Shown: positions 1-9,825, counted from the first letter of the stretch. The stretch is DNA of 64,000 nucleotides from Candidatus Bathyarchaeota archaeon (GCA_026015035.1 JAOZHB010000061.1:4424-68423); one strand, 5' to 3'. Numbers and translations: made by a program. The notes: generated by a model not told the origin, from the sequence alone.

Positions 1-885
1 GGCGAAGTTCGTGTTTACCGAGAGCTTATCCGTCATGGAGTGGCCGTTAACGCCGATGAAGTCGTCGTACACCTCCTGGACGACGAAGCCCCAGGCGTTG
101 ACGCAGAAGGTTCTGACGAAGTCGTCGTAGGTATCTGAGTAGATGTGGAACTTGGGGTCGCGGCTGATACGTGTGACGGGGTCCATTACGACGGCGGGGA
201 CTTCCACGCGAACTCCGATGTCGATGGGCTGATATGTTGTCGGTATCTTCAATCGCTGGGCTTCGTGGGACAGCCAATTCGCGCCACTTCGTCCCGGCGC
301 CGCGATAACGTATTTGCAGGTAACTTCGTCTTTGCTGTTGAGGATGATCTTTCCTGTATCTATGTGTGAAACCGTTTTTTTTAGGAGGAAGTTCACACCC
401 TTTCCCTCCAAGCTTTCTTTCAGGCTCTTGATTACCTTCGGCGCGTTGTCGGTCCCAATGTGTCTCTGCGGGATTGGAAGGAAGTTCACGCCAACGGCAG
501 CGGCTTTTCGTTCCAAATCCTCCACCTCGTCTTGCACGGGGCTGTAAATCTTGTTGGGCGCCCCATTGTCCACGAAGACACTGTCAACGTACTTCACGAG
601 GTCCCACGCGGTCGCCTCGTCTACCAATTCACTGAGGTCACCCCCGATGTCGATCCGCAGATTCAACAGGCCGCTGGAAAGGGTTCCTGCACCACCGACG
701 CCGCACATAATGGAGCAGGGGGAACACTTTTTACAGCTTTTGTAAGCCGTAGCTGGACACACCCGGTCGTCAACATCCCGTCCCATGTCGACTATCAGGG
801 TTTTCAAACGGCTTTTTTCCACGACCTCCTTCGCCGCGAAGAGGCCTGCTGGACCCGCGCCGACAATTACCACGTCATAGTGCAA
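1..885 (-). CDS. FAD-dependent dehydrogenase (COG2509-like), C-terminus cut by window edge
   Basis: Absent from the ORF track because it runs off the left edge. Reverse translation from TTG at 885 gives M-HYDVVIVGAGPAGLFAAKE (GxGxxG Rossmann), then Cys-rich CPATAYKSCKKCSPCSIMCGVGGAGTLSSG. The frame stays open to nt 1. The plus-strand ORFs at 145-975 are its antisense shadows. Confidence 0.7.
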   Translation of the reverse strand, partial: MHYDVVIVGAGPAGLFAAKEVVEKSRLKTLIVDMGRDVDDRVCPATAYKSCKKCSPCSIMCGVGGAGTLSSGLLNLRIDIGGDLSELVDEATAWDLVKYVDSVFVDNGAPNKIYSPVQDEVEDLERKAAAVGVNFLPIPQRHIGTDNAPKVIKSLKESLEGKGVNFLLKKTVSHIDTGKIILNSKDEVTCKYVIAAPGRSGANWLSHEAQRLKIPTTYQPIDIGVRVEVPAVVMDPVTRISRDPKFHIYSDTYDDFVRTFCVNAWGFVVQEVYDDFIGVNGHSMTDKLSVNTNFA

Positions 886-1167
886 AACATATCCCTCACG
901 AGTGAAAGACCTAGTGAGAAGTATTTGAAGGAGTTAATATATTCTATGTTTCCAGAAGGTGAGGTATGGTATTGACGGACGAAGGGACCACGATCTTACT
1001 GGGAAACGGCGCGACCCACCCGTTAACTGCCAGCGTTAACATTATTATGCATCAAGGTACTACAAAGGGTATTGTGTTATGATTTGAATGCGGTGCATCA
1101 CCGTCCACGCCCGTCCCAACCTCAATGGGTCAACCGCGAATCTAACTCAAGCAGTACTACGTGGCGC

Positions 1168-1178
1168 AGCTAGCTAGC
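1168..1178. repeat. (AGCT)n palindromic tract AGCTAGCTAGC
   Basis: 11 nt in perfect AGCT register, in the divergent spacer about 50 nt upstream of the nth start. Confidence 0.9.
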
Positions 1179-1228
1179 AGAATCAACAAGAACCTCCATA
1201 TGGAATCTAACCCCTTCAAGGGAAATGT

Positions 1229-1915
1229 GTGCAGATGTGGCCAAAAGAGATTGATGAACGACGGAGAAGGATGGGGGAGATTATTCAGCGTCTAGAAAAG
1301 CGGTTTCCCAGCCGTCACCACCACCCCATCAGGGAGGCGTTTCCCCTCCTCATCGCAACCCTTCTCTCGCAAAACACCTCCGATAAAAACTCGTCCCGAG
1401 CCTTTCAAAAGCTTCGATCGCACTACGATGTAACGCCTCACGTCCTTGCCCACCTCCAGCCCAGTGACCTCAAACCCCACATTGAAGTCGCTGGCTTGTA
1501 CGAGATCCGGAGTAGACGCATAATCGCCCTATCAAAAACGGTTATCGAACGGTTTGGAGGGGACTTGGATGCGATTCTCCGACGCCCAACGGATGAGGCG
1601 AGGCAGGTACTCATGGGCTTGAAGGGGGTTGGACCCAAGACAGCGGACATCCTCCTCGCGTTCAGGGGTAACCGACCCATCATGCCGGTGGACACAAACA
1701 TCTTTCGGGTATCAGGGAGAATCGGCTTGGTCGCAGGAAGACATTATGAGCGAACGAGAGGGGCTTTGGAAGAGGTGATTCCAGAAAAGAAGTTGGGTGA
1801 AATGCATTTCACCCTCATCCAGCTCGGTCGGGATATCTGTAAACCGCGGCGACCTCTTTGTCCGCTCTGCCCCATCGCGAGTCTGTGTGCCTATCCCGAC
1901 AAAACACGAGAGTAG
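1229..1915 (+). CDS. nth: Endonuclease III (HhH-GPD DNA glycosylase/AP lyase)
   Basis: 228 aa with LLSQNTSD, helix-hairpin-helix LMGLKGVGPKTADILL, and a C-terminal 4Fe-4S loop CKPRRPLCPLCPIASLC (C-X6-C-X2-C-X5-C). Confidence 0.9.
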   Translation: MQMWPKEIDERRRRMGEIIQRLEKRFPSRHHHPIREAFPLLIATLLSQNTSDKNSSRAFQKLRSHYDVTPHVLAHLQPSDLKPHIEVAGLYEIRSRRIIALSKTVIERFGGDLDAILRRPTDEARQVLMGLKGVGPKTADILLAFRGNRPIMPVDTNIFRVSGRIGLVAGRHYERTRGALEEVIPEKKLGEMHFTLIQLGRDICKPRRPLCPLCPIASLCAYPDKTRE

Positions 1916-1996
1916 CCACCGGTCGTCCACATGTCGTCCCCTTCTACCTATCTCTCCACGAGTTACGTACAGTTTACGATGTCGTTCGTTGGGTTA

Positions 1997-2848
1997 CTAC
2001 TTGAAGACGTGGAGTTCCTCGTCGTAGCGGCGGTCAAGCATCTGGCTTGGCGGGAGCCGCTTGAACTGTTTTGTGGTGAGGTGCCGCGTGAAACGGGCGT
2101 TGAGGTGTTCCGGTCTCAGTGGGCTGTACAGCCATTCGAAGGACGCGTTTACGAAGAGGGGCCGTAATGGGATTACGTGGCGTGTGGCTTTGTAGCTGAA
2201 GACCTGTCCGCTCAAGGCTACATTGATAACTTCGTCCTTTGAGATCGTGGGCACCATGAGTAGGGAACACCCATCTTCCGAAGCAAGATGGCTGAGGGCA
2301 TCGCTTTCAGTCTCGTAGTGGATGGAGTAGCCTGCCGCACGAAGCGTATGTTCTATCTCCTGAATGGCGTCATAGATGCACTTGATATCGTCATGGGTCC
2401 CCCGGATTGCGAAACAGGTTGAATTAAATGCAAGGAACGCCGTCGCTTCGCGTTTTTCAACCAGACCACGGGCGTCCATTAAACACATCTCTTCGAGGTG
2501 GAATCCCAGGTCCTCGATGGCGCTAGTCATCCTTTCAATGTCCAATCGAGGAGTAACTACTCGATGCCAGCAGCCGATGACCACGTTGGGGTTGTTGTAG
2601 TCCACGAGGCAGATGGGGATGAAGCGACAGCCCAGCTCGCGGGCAGCAGCCAGCCTATGTGTTCCATCAAGCACAACACGGTTCTGCCGATCGACGATAA
2701 TCGGGTGTTTGAGACATTGATCCGAGGTCAGAGCTGTAACAAGTCTGTGGAGATGACTCTCCAAAATCTGCTCGTGAAAAAGCAAGGCGTCTACTTCTTC
2801 AAGGGTGATCTCAAGAGTGATGCGGGGATGAAGAATAGTGAACCCCAT
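1997..2848 (-). CDS. ParB/Srx-fold protein, candidate ADP-dependent L-serine kinase (SerK-like)
   Basis: 283 aa with LLFHEQ...HPIIVDRQNRVVLDGTHRLAAARELG (ParB/sulfiredoxin DGxHR core). It sits beside serS and a phosphoserine-pathway gene pair. The functional call is inference. Confidence 0.6.
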   Translation of the reverse strand: MGFTILHPRITLEITLEEVDALLFHEQILESHLHRLVTALTSDQCLKHPIIVDRQNRVVLDGTHRLAAARELGCRFIPICLVDYNNPNVVIGCWHRVVTPRLDIERMTSAIEDLGFHLEEMCLMDARGLVEKREATAFLAFNSTCFAIRGTHDDIKCIYDAIQEIEHTLRAAGYSIHYETESDALSHLASEDGCSLLMVPTISKDEVINVALSGQVFSYKATRHVIPLRPLFVNASFEWLYSPLRPEHLNARFTRHLTTKQFKRLPPSQMLDRRYDEELHVFK

Positions 2849-2943
2849 CTTAAACCCGGACCTTCAATGACGGTAACGCAGCTCTTGTCATGAGTACACG
2901 ACAGTGACGCTCACTACACCTTCTTGAGTGGCGGCATTTAAAT

Positions 2944-4221
2944 CTACGCTAACCGCGTGAGCCCCCCCATATAGGGCTGTAACGCAAGAGGGATGAGGAC
3001 GGACCCGTCTTTTTGCTGGTATTGTTCGAGAATCGCCACCAGGGTTCGGCTGGTCGCAATAGCCGTGTTGTTTATGGTGTGGACGAAGCCCGCTGGTGTC
3101 TGCCCCTCCTTCACCCGATACCGCACATTCAGTCGCCTCGCCTGATAATCCGTACAATTCGAGTTGGAGCCCGCCTCTCGGTATTCCCCATCCGCCATCC
3201 ACACCTCGATGTCATACTTCTTGGCGGCGATCGAGCCGATGTCGCCGGTACACACGTTGACGACTCGGAAGCAGAGGCCCAGGCTTCGGTAGAGCGCCTC
3301 AGAGTTATCCTCCAACTCCTCGTGAAAGGTCCACGAGTCCTCAGGCAGACAAAAGATGAATTGCTCCACTTTATTGAATTGATGTGTGCGGAAGAGTCCC
3401 CGCGTGTACTTGCCGTGGGCGCCGACCTCCTTGCGGAAATTGGTGCTGACGCCAACGAATTTTATGGGTAACTCACTTTGATTGATCACCTCATCCATGT
3501 AGAAGGCTGCCATGGGGTGTTCACTCGTCGCAATGAGGTACAGGTCTTCGTCCTCGATCTTGTACAATTGATCGCCGAAGAAGTCCAGATCGGTTACGCC
3601 GAGGTATGGTTTTCTCCGCATCATGTACGGTGGCTCTATCAGTAGGTACCCTCGCTCCATCAAAAAATCCATGGTATAGGTCAACAAGGCGTAGTCCAAC
3701 CGGGCTAGTCCCCCCTTCAGATAAACGAAGCCGTGGCCCGCGGTCTTCGCCCCTCGCTCCGTGTCAATCATATCCAAGTCCAACCCGATGGCCAGATGAT
3801 TTTTGGCCTCGAATTCAAAGGCCGGCGGTTCACCCACCACCTTCACCACCACATTGTCACGGTCATCCTCTCCAAAGGGAACGGACTCATGTAACAGATT
3901 GGGAAGGGTTAACAACGCGTCCCTCGTTTGGCCCGCGTATGCTGCCACCTCGCGTTCCAACCCTTCAATTTTTTCCGATAATGCCCGCACAAACTGGATC
4001 CGTGCCTCAGCTTCTTTCTTCTCCTTCTTCAGACGTGCAATTTCGGGTGTTAACACGTTTTTCTCGTGTCGGAACTCGTTTAATCTTGTCAGAGACTGTC
4101 GCCAGAGGGTATCGTGTTCCACCAACTCATCAAGCAGTTGGAGGTATCGAGGGTCCCTCCTCTTCTTCAAATTGTCTCGAACGAGTTCCGGATTCTCTCG
4201 AAGCAGTTTGATGTCAAGCAT
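2944..4221 (-). CDS. serS: Seryl-tRNA synthetase
   Basis: ORF 2944..4251. The canonical N-terminus MLDIKLLRENPELV begins at the internal ATG 4221. Class II motifs are FRKEVGAHGKYTRGLFRTHQF and GSNSNCTDYQARRLNVRY. Confidence 0.95.
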   Translation of the reverse strand: MLDIKLLRENPELVRDNLKKRRDPRYLQLLDELVEHDTLWRQSLTRLNEFRHEKNVLTPEIARLKKEKKEAEARIQFVRALSEKIEGLEREVAAYAGQTRDALLTLPNLLHESVPFGEDDRDNVVVKVVGEPPAFEFEAKNHLAIGLDLDMIDTERGAKTAGHGFVYLKGGLARLDYALLTYTMDFLMERGYLLIEPPYMMRRKPYLGVTDLDFFGDQLYKIEDEDLYLIATSEHPMAAFYMDEVINQSELPIKFVGVSTNFRKEVGAHGKYTRGLFRTHQFNKVEQFIFCLPEDSWTFHEELEDNSEALYRSLGLCFRVVNVCTGDIGSIAAKKYDIEVWMADGEYREAGSNSNCTDYQARRLNVRYRVKEGQTPAGFVHTINNTAIATSRTLVAILEQYQQKDGSVLIPLALQPYMGGLTRLA

Positions 4222-4443
4222 TGAAAATCCCTCGTCCCAACACTCAAACACTACAACGAGTATCTTTTCTTATAAACGTTCTAACGGGCGCCGTCGATGC
4301 CTCACATCGGACGAAGCGGTCATGGTAAGTCAGGTCGAAGGAAGGAGACCGATACGTTCTTGTTTCAGTAGCAACTGCTTTAACGTGGAGGTACTTTCCG
4401 AAAAAGGGGGTTGCCAGGGACTCCCGTTGAGGAGGCATATTTT

Positions 4444-5520
4444 TTGAAGTTGTTTACAGTTGGTCCTGTTGCCTGCTATCCCGAAGTCTTAGAGGAAATG
4501 GGGCGACAAATGTTCAGTCACCGAAGTGACGATTACAAACGACTGCATCGGGAAACTGTAGCCCTGCTACAACAGTTATTGGAGACAGAAAGTCAGGTCT
4601 TCCTGTTTTCCAGCACCGGCACAGGCTTTATGGAAGGCGCGGTCAGAAACTGCGTCGACGCCAAAATGCTGTGCTGCGTCAATGGAAGCTTCGGCAAGCG
4701 ATTCGCGGATGTAGCCGCGTCAAACGGAAAGACGGTGGAGATGCTTACCGCTCCACTCGGAGAACCCATCCATGCTGATCTCCTGGATGACCGGTTGTTG
4801 AGAAGTCGAGACGTCGACGCGGTCGCCATAACCCACAACGAAACCAGCATGGGCGTGATAAACCCGTTGCAGAAACTTGCCGATGTAGTGAAGAAGCATG
4901 GTAAGCTCCTGTTGGTTGACGCCGTCAGCTCCATGGGGGGCACCGAGATAAAGGTTGACCAGTGGGGACTGGATGTGTGTTTCGCGAGCTCCCAAAAATG
5001 CTTTGGCGTTCCCCCCGGGCTGGGTATGGGGAGCGTAAGTGAAGCGGCTTTGAAACGATCAGCAGCAGCCACCAACAAAGGTTGGTACTTTGACTTCACG
5101 CGGTGGGAACGCTATCAACGGATGGAGGGTACCCCCATGACCTCGGTGATACCCCAAATAGCCGGTCTACATCGAATTTTAACGTTGATCGAGGGCTGGG
5201 GTGGGAAGGAAAGGTACTTTGAGACGTACCGCGAGCGGAATAACAGAATCCGGGCAGGGATACAGGAGTCCGGGTTGACCTTATTCCCGAAGAAGGGGTA
5301 CGAAAGCCCAACCGTTACGTGTGTAAACGCGCCTCGAAGCGTGGATGGCATCGAGATCTACGAAAACATGCGGGATCGGGGATTTGAACTCGCCAAAGGC
5401 TACGGCGAAGTGCAACATAAGACCTTCAGAATCGGGAACATGGGCCACATCGAATTTGACGACATAGCCTTAATGCTGGCTGCCCTAGGCGCGAGCTTAG
5501 CTGAACTTGATAGGCCCTGA
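4444..5520 (+). CDS. Class V PLP aminotransferase (serine-glyoxylate / phosphoserine aminotransferase type)
   Basis: ORF 4411..5520 with PLP-lysine motif SSQKCFGVPPGLG. I prefer the TTG at 4444 (MKLFTVGPV..., about 9 nt after GAGGAGG); 4411 is the alternative start. Confidence 0.85.
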   Translation: MKLFTVGPVACYPEVLEEMGRQMFSHRSDDYKRLHRETVALLQQLLETESQVFLFSSTGTGFMEGAVRNCVDAKMLCCVNGSFGKRFADVAASNGKTVEMLTAPLGEPIHADLLDDRLLRSRDVDAVAITHNETSMGVINPLQKLADVVKKHGKLLLVDAVSSMGGTEIKVDQWGLDVCFASSQKCFGVPPGLGMGSVSEAALKRSAAATNKGWYFDFTRWERYQRMEGTPMTSVIPQIAGLHRILTLIEGWGGKERYFETYRERNNRIRAGIQESGLTLFPKKGYESPTVTCVNAPRSVDGIEIYENMRDRGFELAKGYGEVQHKTFRIGNMGHIEFDDIALMLAALGASLAELDRP

Positions 5521-5532
5521 GGAGGAGATGTT

Positions 5533-6462
5533 TTGAAACCGAAAATGAAGGCCCTCGTCTGCGACCCCATCCACCAAGATGGGATTGAACGCCTGAAGCT
5601 GGCGGGATTCACAGTCGACGTTAAACCCAGTATTTCAGACGAAGAATTGAAGAACCTCGTGTCCACCTACGACGTCCTCGTCGTGAGAAGCCGCACCAAG
5701 ATCACTGCAGAGGTGATTGGTAAAGGTCGACGCCTAAAGGCGGTTGGTCGGGCGGGCGTGGGATTAGAGAACATCGACGTCGACGCGGCGAAGAAGAGAA
5801 ACATCGCCGTGTTTAATTCTCCTGAAGCTCCCGCTGAAGCCGTAGCGGAATTAACGATCGGCCTGCTAATTTCCATAGTGCGGCGCCTTCCCTTCGCCGA
5901 CCGTACGATGAAGGAGGGGCAGTGGACGAAGAAGCAGTTAATGGGTTGGCAGCTGGAAGGCAAAACCCTGGGAATGCTGGGTCTGGGAAACATCGGGAAA
6001 AGGGTAGCCAAGATTGCTAAAGCTCTCGGAATGAAGATCCTGATCACCAAACGTACCCCCCCTGACCCAGAGCTCCTGTCTGAACTTGTGGGGGAGTATG
6101 TTCCTCTGAGGGAACTGCTCATGCGAAGCGACGTCGTTACAATACACGTTCCCTTAACCCATCAAACGCGACACATGATTGGAAGAGAAGAACTTGGCCT
6201 GATGAAGGACGGATCCTACATGATTAACACGGCGAGAGGGCCCGTTGTCGATGAAAAAGCCTTGGCGGACGCCCTTCGATCGGGAAAACTTGCGGGTGCC
6301 GCATTAGACGTGTATGCAGTTGAACCACCTCAAGATTTGGAGTTGGTCACACTGCGAAACGTTGTCTGTACACCCCACATTGGCGGGCAGACAGAGGAGA
6401 GCCAGCGGGGTGCCGCGACAATCATAGCGGATAAAATAATCGCTCATCTGAAGAAGGCCTAA
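5533..6462 (+). CDS. serA: D-3-phosphoglycerate dehydrogenase (short 2-hydroxyacid dehydrogenase form)
   Basis: 309 aa with NAD site GMLGLGNIGKRVAKIA, catalytic region TPHIGGQTEE, and GGAGGAG 5 nt before the TTG start (alternative ATG at 5545). Confidence 0.8.
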   Translation: MKPKMKALVCDPIHQDGIERLKLAGFTVDVKPSISDEELKNLVSTYDVLVVRSRTKITAEVIGKGRRLKAVGRAGVGLENIDVDAAKKRNIAVFNSPEAPAEAVAELTIGLLISIVRRLPFADRTMKEGQWTKKQLMGWQLEGKTLGMLGLGNIGKRVAKIAKALGMKILITKRTPPDPELLSELVGEYVPLRELLMRSDVVTIHVPLTHQTRHMIGREELGLMKDGSYMINTARGPVVDEKALADALRSGKLAGAALDVYAVEPPQDLELVTLRNVVCTPHIGGQTEESQRGAATIIADKIIAHLKKA

Positions 6463-6628
6463 CTGTTGAGAGGAAACGGTTAAGAGCGTTAATTCAGGCC
6501 CTTCTGAACCCGCGTATACTTAGAGACAGGCTGTAGACGATAACTAGTTAGGCAGAGACATCTGTTTGCCTCAGGTTTCCCTTCTCATGCTTGGGCGTAT
6601 GGCGATATGTTTCCTCATCGAACTGCAG

Positions 6629-6663
6629 TTTTTTTCGGGATGAAGAAACATCTCTTCGAAGAG
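6629..6663. terminator. T7 tract plus 12-nt perfect palindrome CTCTTCGAAGAG between convergent genes
   Basis: TTTTTTT at 6629-6635 and CTCTTCGAAGAG at 6652-6663 lie between the serA stop and the stop of the 6678 gene. T tracts are the usual archaeal termination signal. Confidence 0.25.
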
Positions 6664-6677
6664 GTTTCCTAAGTTAG

Positions 6678-7223
6678 TTACGTTGAATGTCCCTGCGTCA
6701 ACATCACGCGATGTCGGGTTAGATAGTCTTGGGGGTCGAAGGGGAACAGTCTGATGACCCTCAGTTTTTCGGGAAAGGAGATTTTGAGGAGGGGGTTGAG
6801 GAAGAGAACGCCCATCTCTCCGTCCTCTAAGGTTTGATCAACAATATCAACCACGTGTCTGCCGATCTCATCCACGCTCTCGTCATACATCTCTCGAACC
6901 ACTTGGCTTGGGGAGGTTCCTGCCATTTCTCGCCACGCTTCTGCCTCGGCAGCGTGGATGGGATTCACTGCCGCCTGTACCTTGACGCCTGTTGTAACTA
7001 GACCTGCAACTATCGTCGATGCTCCGACTTTAGATGCTTCTTCCTTGTGGGTGTCAGAATCTGTGTAGACCCAGCGGATCTTACTAGCTATGACCCTCAA
7101 TCGATCGGAAACGTACTTCCAAAACTCGTCACGCGTTGAATCGAAGTCGTCTGGAATCCTCATCACAAGCTTCTGGAACTCGTCCCGAGTGAACATCCTG
7201 GGAACATACACGAGGGTTTTCAC
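6678..7223 (-). CDS. Hypothetical protein
   Basis: 181-aa ORF with ordinary globular composition. It fills the gap between convergent and divergent neighbours. No motif recognised. Confidence 0.6.
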   Translation of the reverse strand: MKTLVYVPRMFTRDEFQKLVMRIPDDFDSTRDEFWKYVSDRLRVIASKIRWVYTDSDTHKEEASKVGASTIVAGLVTTGVKVQAAVNPIHAAEAEAWREMAGTSPSQVVREMYDESVDEIGRHVVDIVDQTLEDGEMGVLFLNPLLKISFPEKLRVIRLFPFDPQDYLTRHRVMLTQGHST

Positions 7224-7308
7224 GACATCACACCCTCACCGGATAGAGAGCGTCTCTTTACCGCCGGTTTTCAAAGGTCTTGCTGCGGCTGCTTATTGAA
7301 GCCCGTTC

Positions 7309-7701
7309 TTAGAGTTTAGACCCGCATTTAATGCAGAATTTGCTGCTGGACTCGTTTTGAAAGCCGCATCCAGAGCAGAGACCGGGTGTTGCGGATGGAG
7401 ATGGTGTTGTTGGAGGACTTGCTGGAGGGGATTCTTCCGGTGTTGGGGGCGGTGCAGGTGTTTCGAAAGTTTCAGCTGCCACCGCTAAGAGGATGACGTC
7501 TCCCACGACTTTGACGTTCTTGCTGTTCACCGTAATCTCTTTATCGGCCTCGGCTTTTATGATGAGAGAGAAATCTCTGGCTACCAAATCGAAGGACAGG
7601 TCCTTTACAGTGCCCATGTTCATGGCTTTGGAGTCAATAACCTGTTTGCCAATAATTTTTTCTCGGGTAAGATACTGTTTCTCCAAGGTAACCTCACGCA
7701 T
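7309..7701 (-). CDS. PRC-barrel domain protein with Pro-rich linker and C-terminal zinc ribbon
   Basis: ORF 7309..7782. The internal ATG 7701 (MREVTLEK...) avoids overlap with the RPA start. PRC-barrel pattern IIGKQVIDSKAMNMGTVKDLSFDL...VVGDVILL, linker TPAPPPTPEESPPASPPTTPSPSATPG, then CSGCG...CIKCGSKL. Confidence 0.7.
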   Translation of the reverse strand: MREVTLEKQYLTREKIIGKQVIDSKAMNMGTVKDLSFDLVARDFSLIIKAEADKEITVNSKNVKVVGDVILLAVAAETFETPAPPPTPEESPPASPPTTPSPSATPGLCSGCGFQNESSSKFCIKCGSKL

Positions 7702-7759
7702 ATTTAAGTGATGGCGAGTAGTATTTAATGTTTTATCGAATGGGACTGTTGAAAAGGAA

Positions 7760-9769
7760 ATGTTGAATCGCAAGGAAATCATTGAGAAAATTCTGGCGCT
7801 GAGGTCAGACCTGACCGCCGACGACCTTCAAAGGATTATTCGGACGAAGATTGAGGGGGCTGGCCGTCTGTTGACTGAGGAAGGTGCGACCTTCATGGTA
7901 GCCAACGAGTTCGGAATCGACCTGTCTAACGGTAATGTAGTGGGAACGGGGATGAAGGTCAAGGACCTCATCATCGGCGCCAACGACGCAACGATCGTCG
8001 GCGTCGTCAACGCGGTGTCCCCTCCCAAATCCTTTGTGAGGCGGGATGGCGTGGAGGGGCAGGTAGCCCGACTCGTGGTTTCAGACGACACGGGAAGCGT
8101 GAGAGTGGTTCTGTGGAACGAAAAGACGGACGTTATTAGTCAAGGCAAAGTTGCCACAAACCAGACGGTGAGAATCTCCCACGGTTACGTTCGAGCAGGA
8201 TTAACGGGTGACCCTGAGCTGAACGTCGGTCGTCGGGGCACCGTCGTCGTCTTATCCTCTGCCCCGGCTTTCGAACGGGAGACGCCCCAGAGCTCCTTGA
8301 AGAAGATCCGTGATCTAGCGGAGGGTGACTACTTCGTCAACTTCGTCGGCGTCGTAAAGGGACTGTCTCAAGTTTCGTCCTTCCGGAGAGCGAATGGCAT
8401 GGAGGGGCAGGTGATGCGGGTGCGTCTGGCTGACGCCACGGGTCGGGTGAGGGCGGTGCTCTGGGATGACCAAGTTGACTCCGTGAAGGAGACTCGGCGC
8501 GGTGACGTTTTGGAGATTGTGGGTGGACAGGTCAGGCGGGGTCTCGGCAACGTCTTGGAGGTGCATGTGGGGCGGCTTGGCCAAGTCAAACTTTTGAAGG
8601 ACTCCGAGCTGTCGGAGTATTCCTTACCGACGTTGACGAAAATCAGTGGTTTGAAACTTGGAATGAATGACGTTGATGTCCTGGGGCGGATTATGGACGT
8701 GGGTCAGATACGAGAGTTTGAACGGCGTTCCGGAGGTGTGGGGCGTGTGGGCAGCCTGTACGTGATGGATGAAACGGGCTCCACGAGGCTCACCCTTTGG
8801 GATGCCAAGGCTGACGTGTTAGATGAGGTATCTCCCGACGACGTGGTGTTGGTGGAGGGGGGGTACACCCGCGAGGGATTAGGCGGCGTCGTTGAGCTTA
8901 ACCTCGGAAGCATGGGCGTATTGACCGTCAATCCTGAGCGGGAGGAAGTACAGAGTCTCCCCCACTTTTCGTCCAATGCGATGGCCATCGGCGACTTAAA
9001 CGTGGGAATGAGAAGCATCACCGTTGAGGGAGACATCGTGGAAGACCCTGCCGTCAGGGACGTGACGACGCGTGACGGCGCAGAAATACGGGTGGCGTCC
9101 CTGCGAATACGCGATGAAAGTGGCGAAATCGGTGTTACCCTCTGGCGAGACCTTGCGGACAGGATTGACGGATTGGGGGCGGGAACTAGGCTTCGCATCA
9201 AGAACACTTACGTAAAGATGGGGTTCTTCGGAGACCTCGAATTGTCCTCAGGGAGGACGACCGAGCTCGAGTTGTTAAGTGAGAGCGAAGGGACACCCGA
9301 GAGAGGAGGTCCCCTCATCAACGATTTAGCGACAGAGAAGATTCAGGCGGTGCAAGTGGAGGAGAGCACTGAAGTACAGGGAAGAATCATGGAGGTAAAC
9401 GCGAATTCTAAGGTGTACCCTTCGTGCCCAAACTGCATGAAGAGGGTTCGAGAAGAGGAAAGGGGATGGATGTGCGAAAGCTGTGGCGAAATACCGCAGC
9501 AGGTGCCCCGTCTGATCGTTGAAGTCATCGTGGAGGACGACTCGGGAAGCATAAATAGCGTGTTCAGCGGGGCCGTAGCTGAGAAGCTTCTTAACATGAG
9601 CAGCGATACTGCTTGGAACCTTGCTCTTCAAGCAGGAAGCGAGGTCGCACCCGTTGATGACGCACGCGACCGAATCGTCGGAGCCAATGTGCAGCTTACA
9701 GGACGAGTTGTAAGAAGCCGCAGAGACGGCAACTTACGTCTGCACGTGGAACAACTTACCGTACTATAG
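7760..9769 (+). CDS. Replication protein A-like ssDNA-binding protein (4 tandem OB folds plus Zn-ribbon OB)
   Basis: 669 aa. Four internal repeats each carry the pattern D(D/E)TGS(V/T)R..LW. The C-terminal OB holds CPNCMKRV...CESCG. Confidence 0.85.
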   Translation: MLNRKEIIEKILALRSDLTADDLQRIIRTKIEGAGRLLTEEGATFMVANEFGIDLSNGNVVGTGMKVKDLIIGANDATIVGVVNAVSPPKSFVRRDGVEGQVARLVVSDDTGSVRVVLWNEKTDVISQGKVATNQTVRISHGYVRAGLTGDPELNVGRRGTVVVLSSAPAFERETPQSSLKKIRDLAEGDYFVNFVGVVKGLSQVSSFRRANGMEGQVMRVRLADATGRVRAVLWDDQVDSVKETRRGDVLEIVGGQVRRGLGNVLEVHVGRLGQVKLLKDSELSEYSLPTLTKISGLKLGMNDVDVLGRIMDVGQIREFERRSGGVGRVGSLYVMDETGSTRLTLWDAKADVLDEVSPDDVVLVEGGYTREGLGGVVELNLGSMGVLTVNPEREEVQSLPHFSSNAMAIGDLNVGMRSITVEGDIVEDPAVRDVTTRDGAEIRVASLRIRDESGEIGVTLWRDLADRIDGLGAGTRLRIKNTYVKMGFFGDLELSSGRTTELELLSESEGTPERGGPLINDLATEKIQAVQVEESTEVQGRIMEVNANSKVYPSCPNCMKRVREEERGWMCESCGEIPQQVPRLIVEVIVEDDSGSINSVFSGAVAEKLLNMSSDTAWNLALQAGSEVAPVDDARDRIVGANVQLTGRVVRSRRDGNLRLHVEQLTVL

Positions 9770-9825
9770 ACCTTCCGCTAACTAGCGACTTTTTCCTAGA
9801 GAGAGTAGATAATTAAAATGTGACG

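Noticed and set aside
145-975. Plus-strand ORFs of 64-171 aa (145..369, 314..547, 460..975, 551..745)
   Set aside because: All are antisense to a continuous minus-strand frame with a clear GxGxxG FAD-binding N-terminus that is open to the window edge. Their sequences are low-complexity and Arg/Ser/Pro-rich.
3606-4447. 201-aa and 214-aa plus-strand ORFs
   Set aside because: They are antisense shadows of serS. The composition is Ser/Arg/Pro-rich with no motifs.
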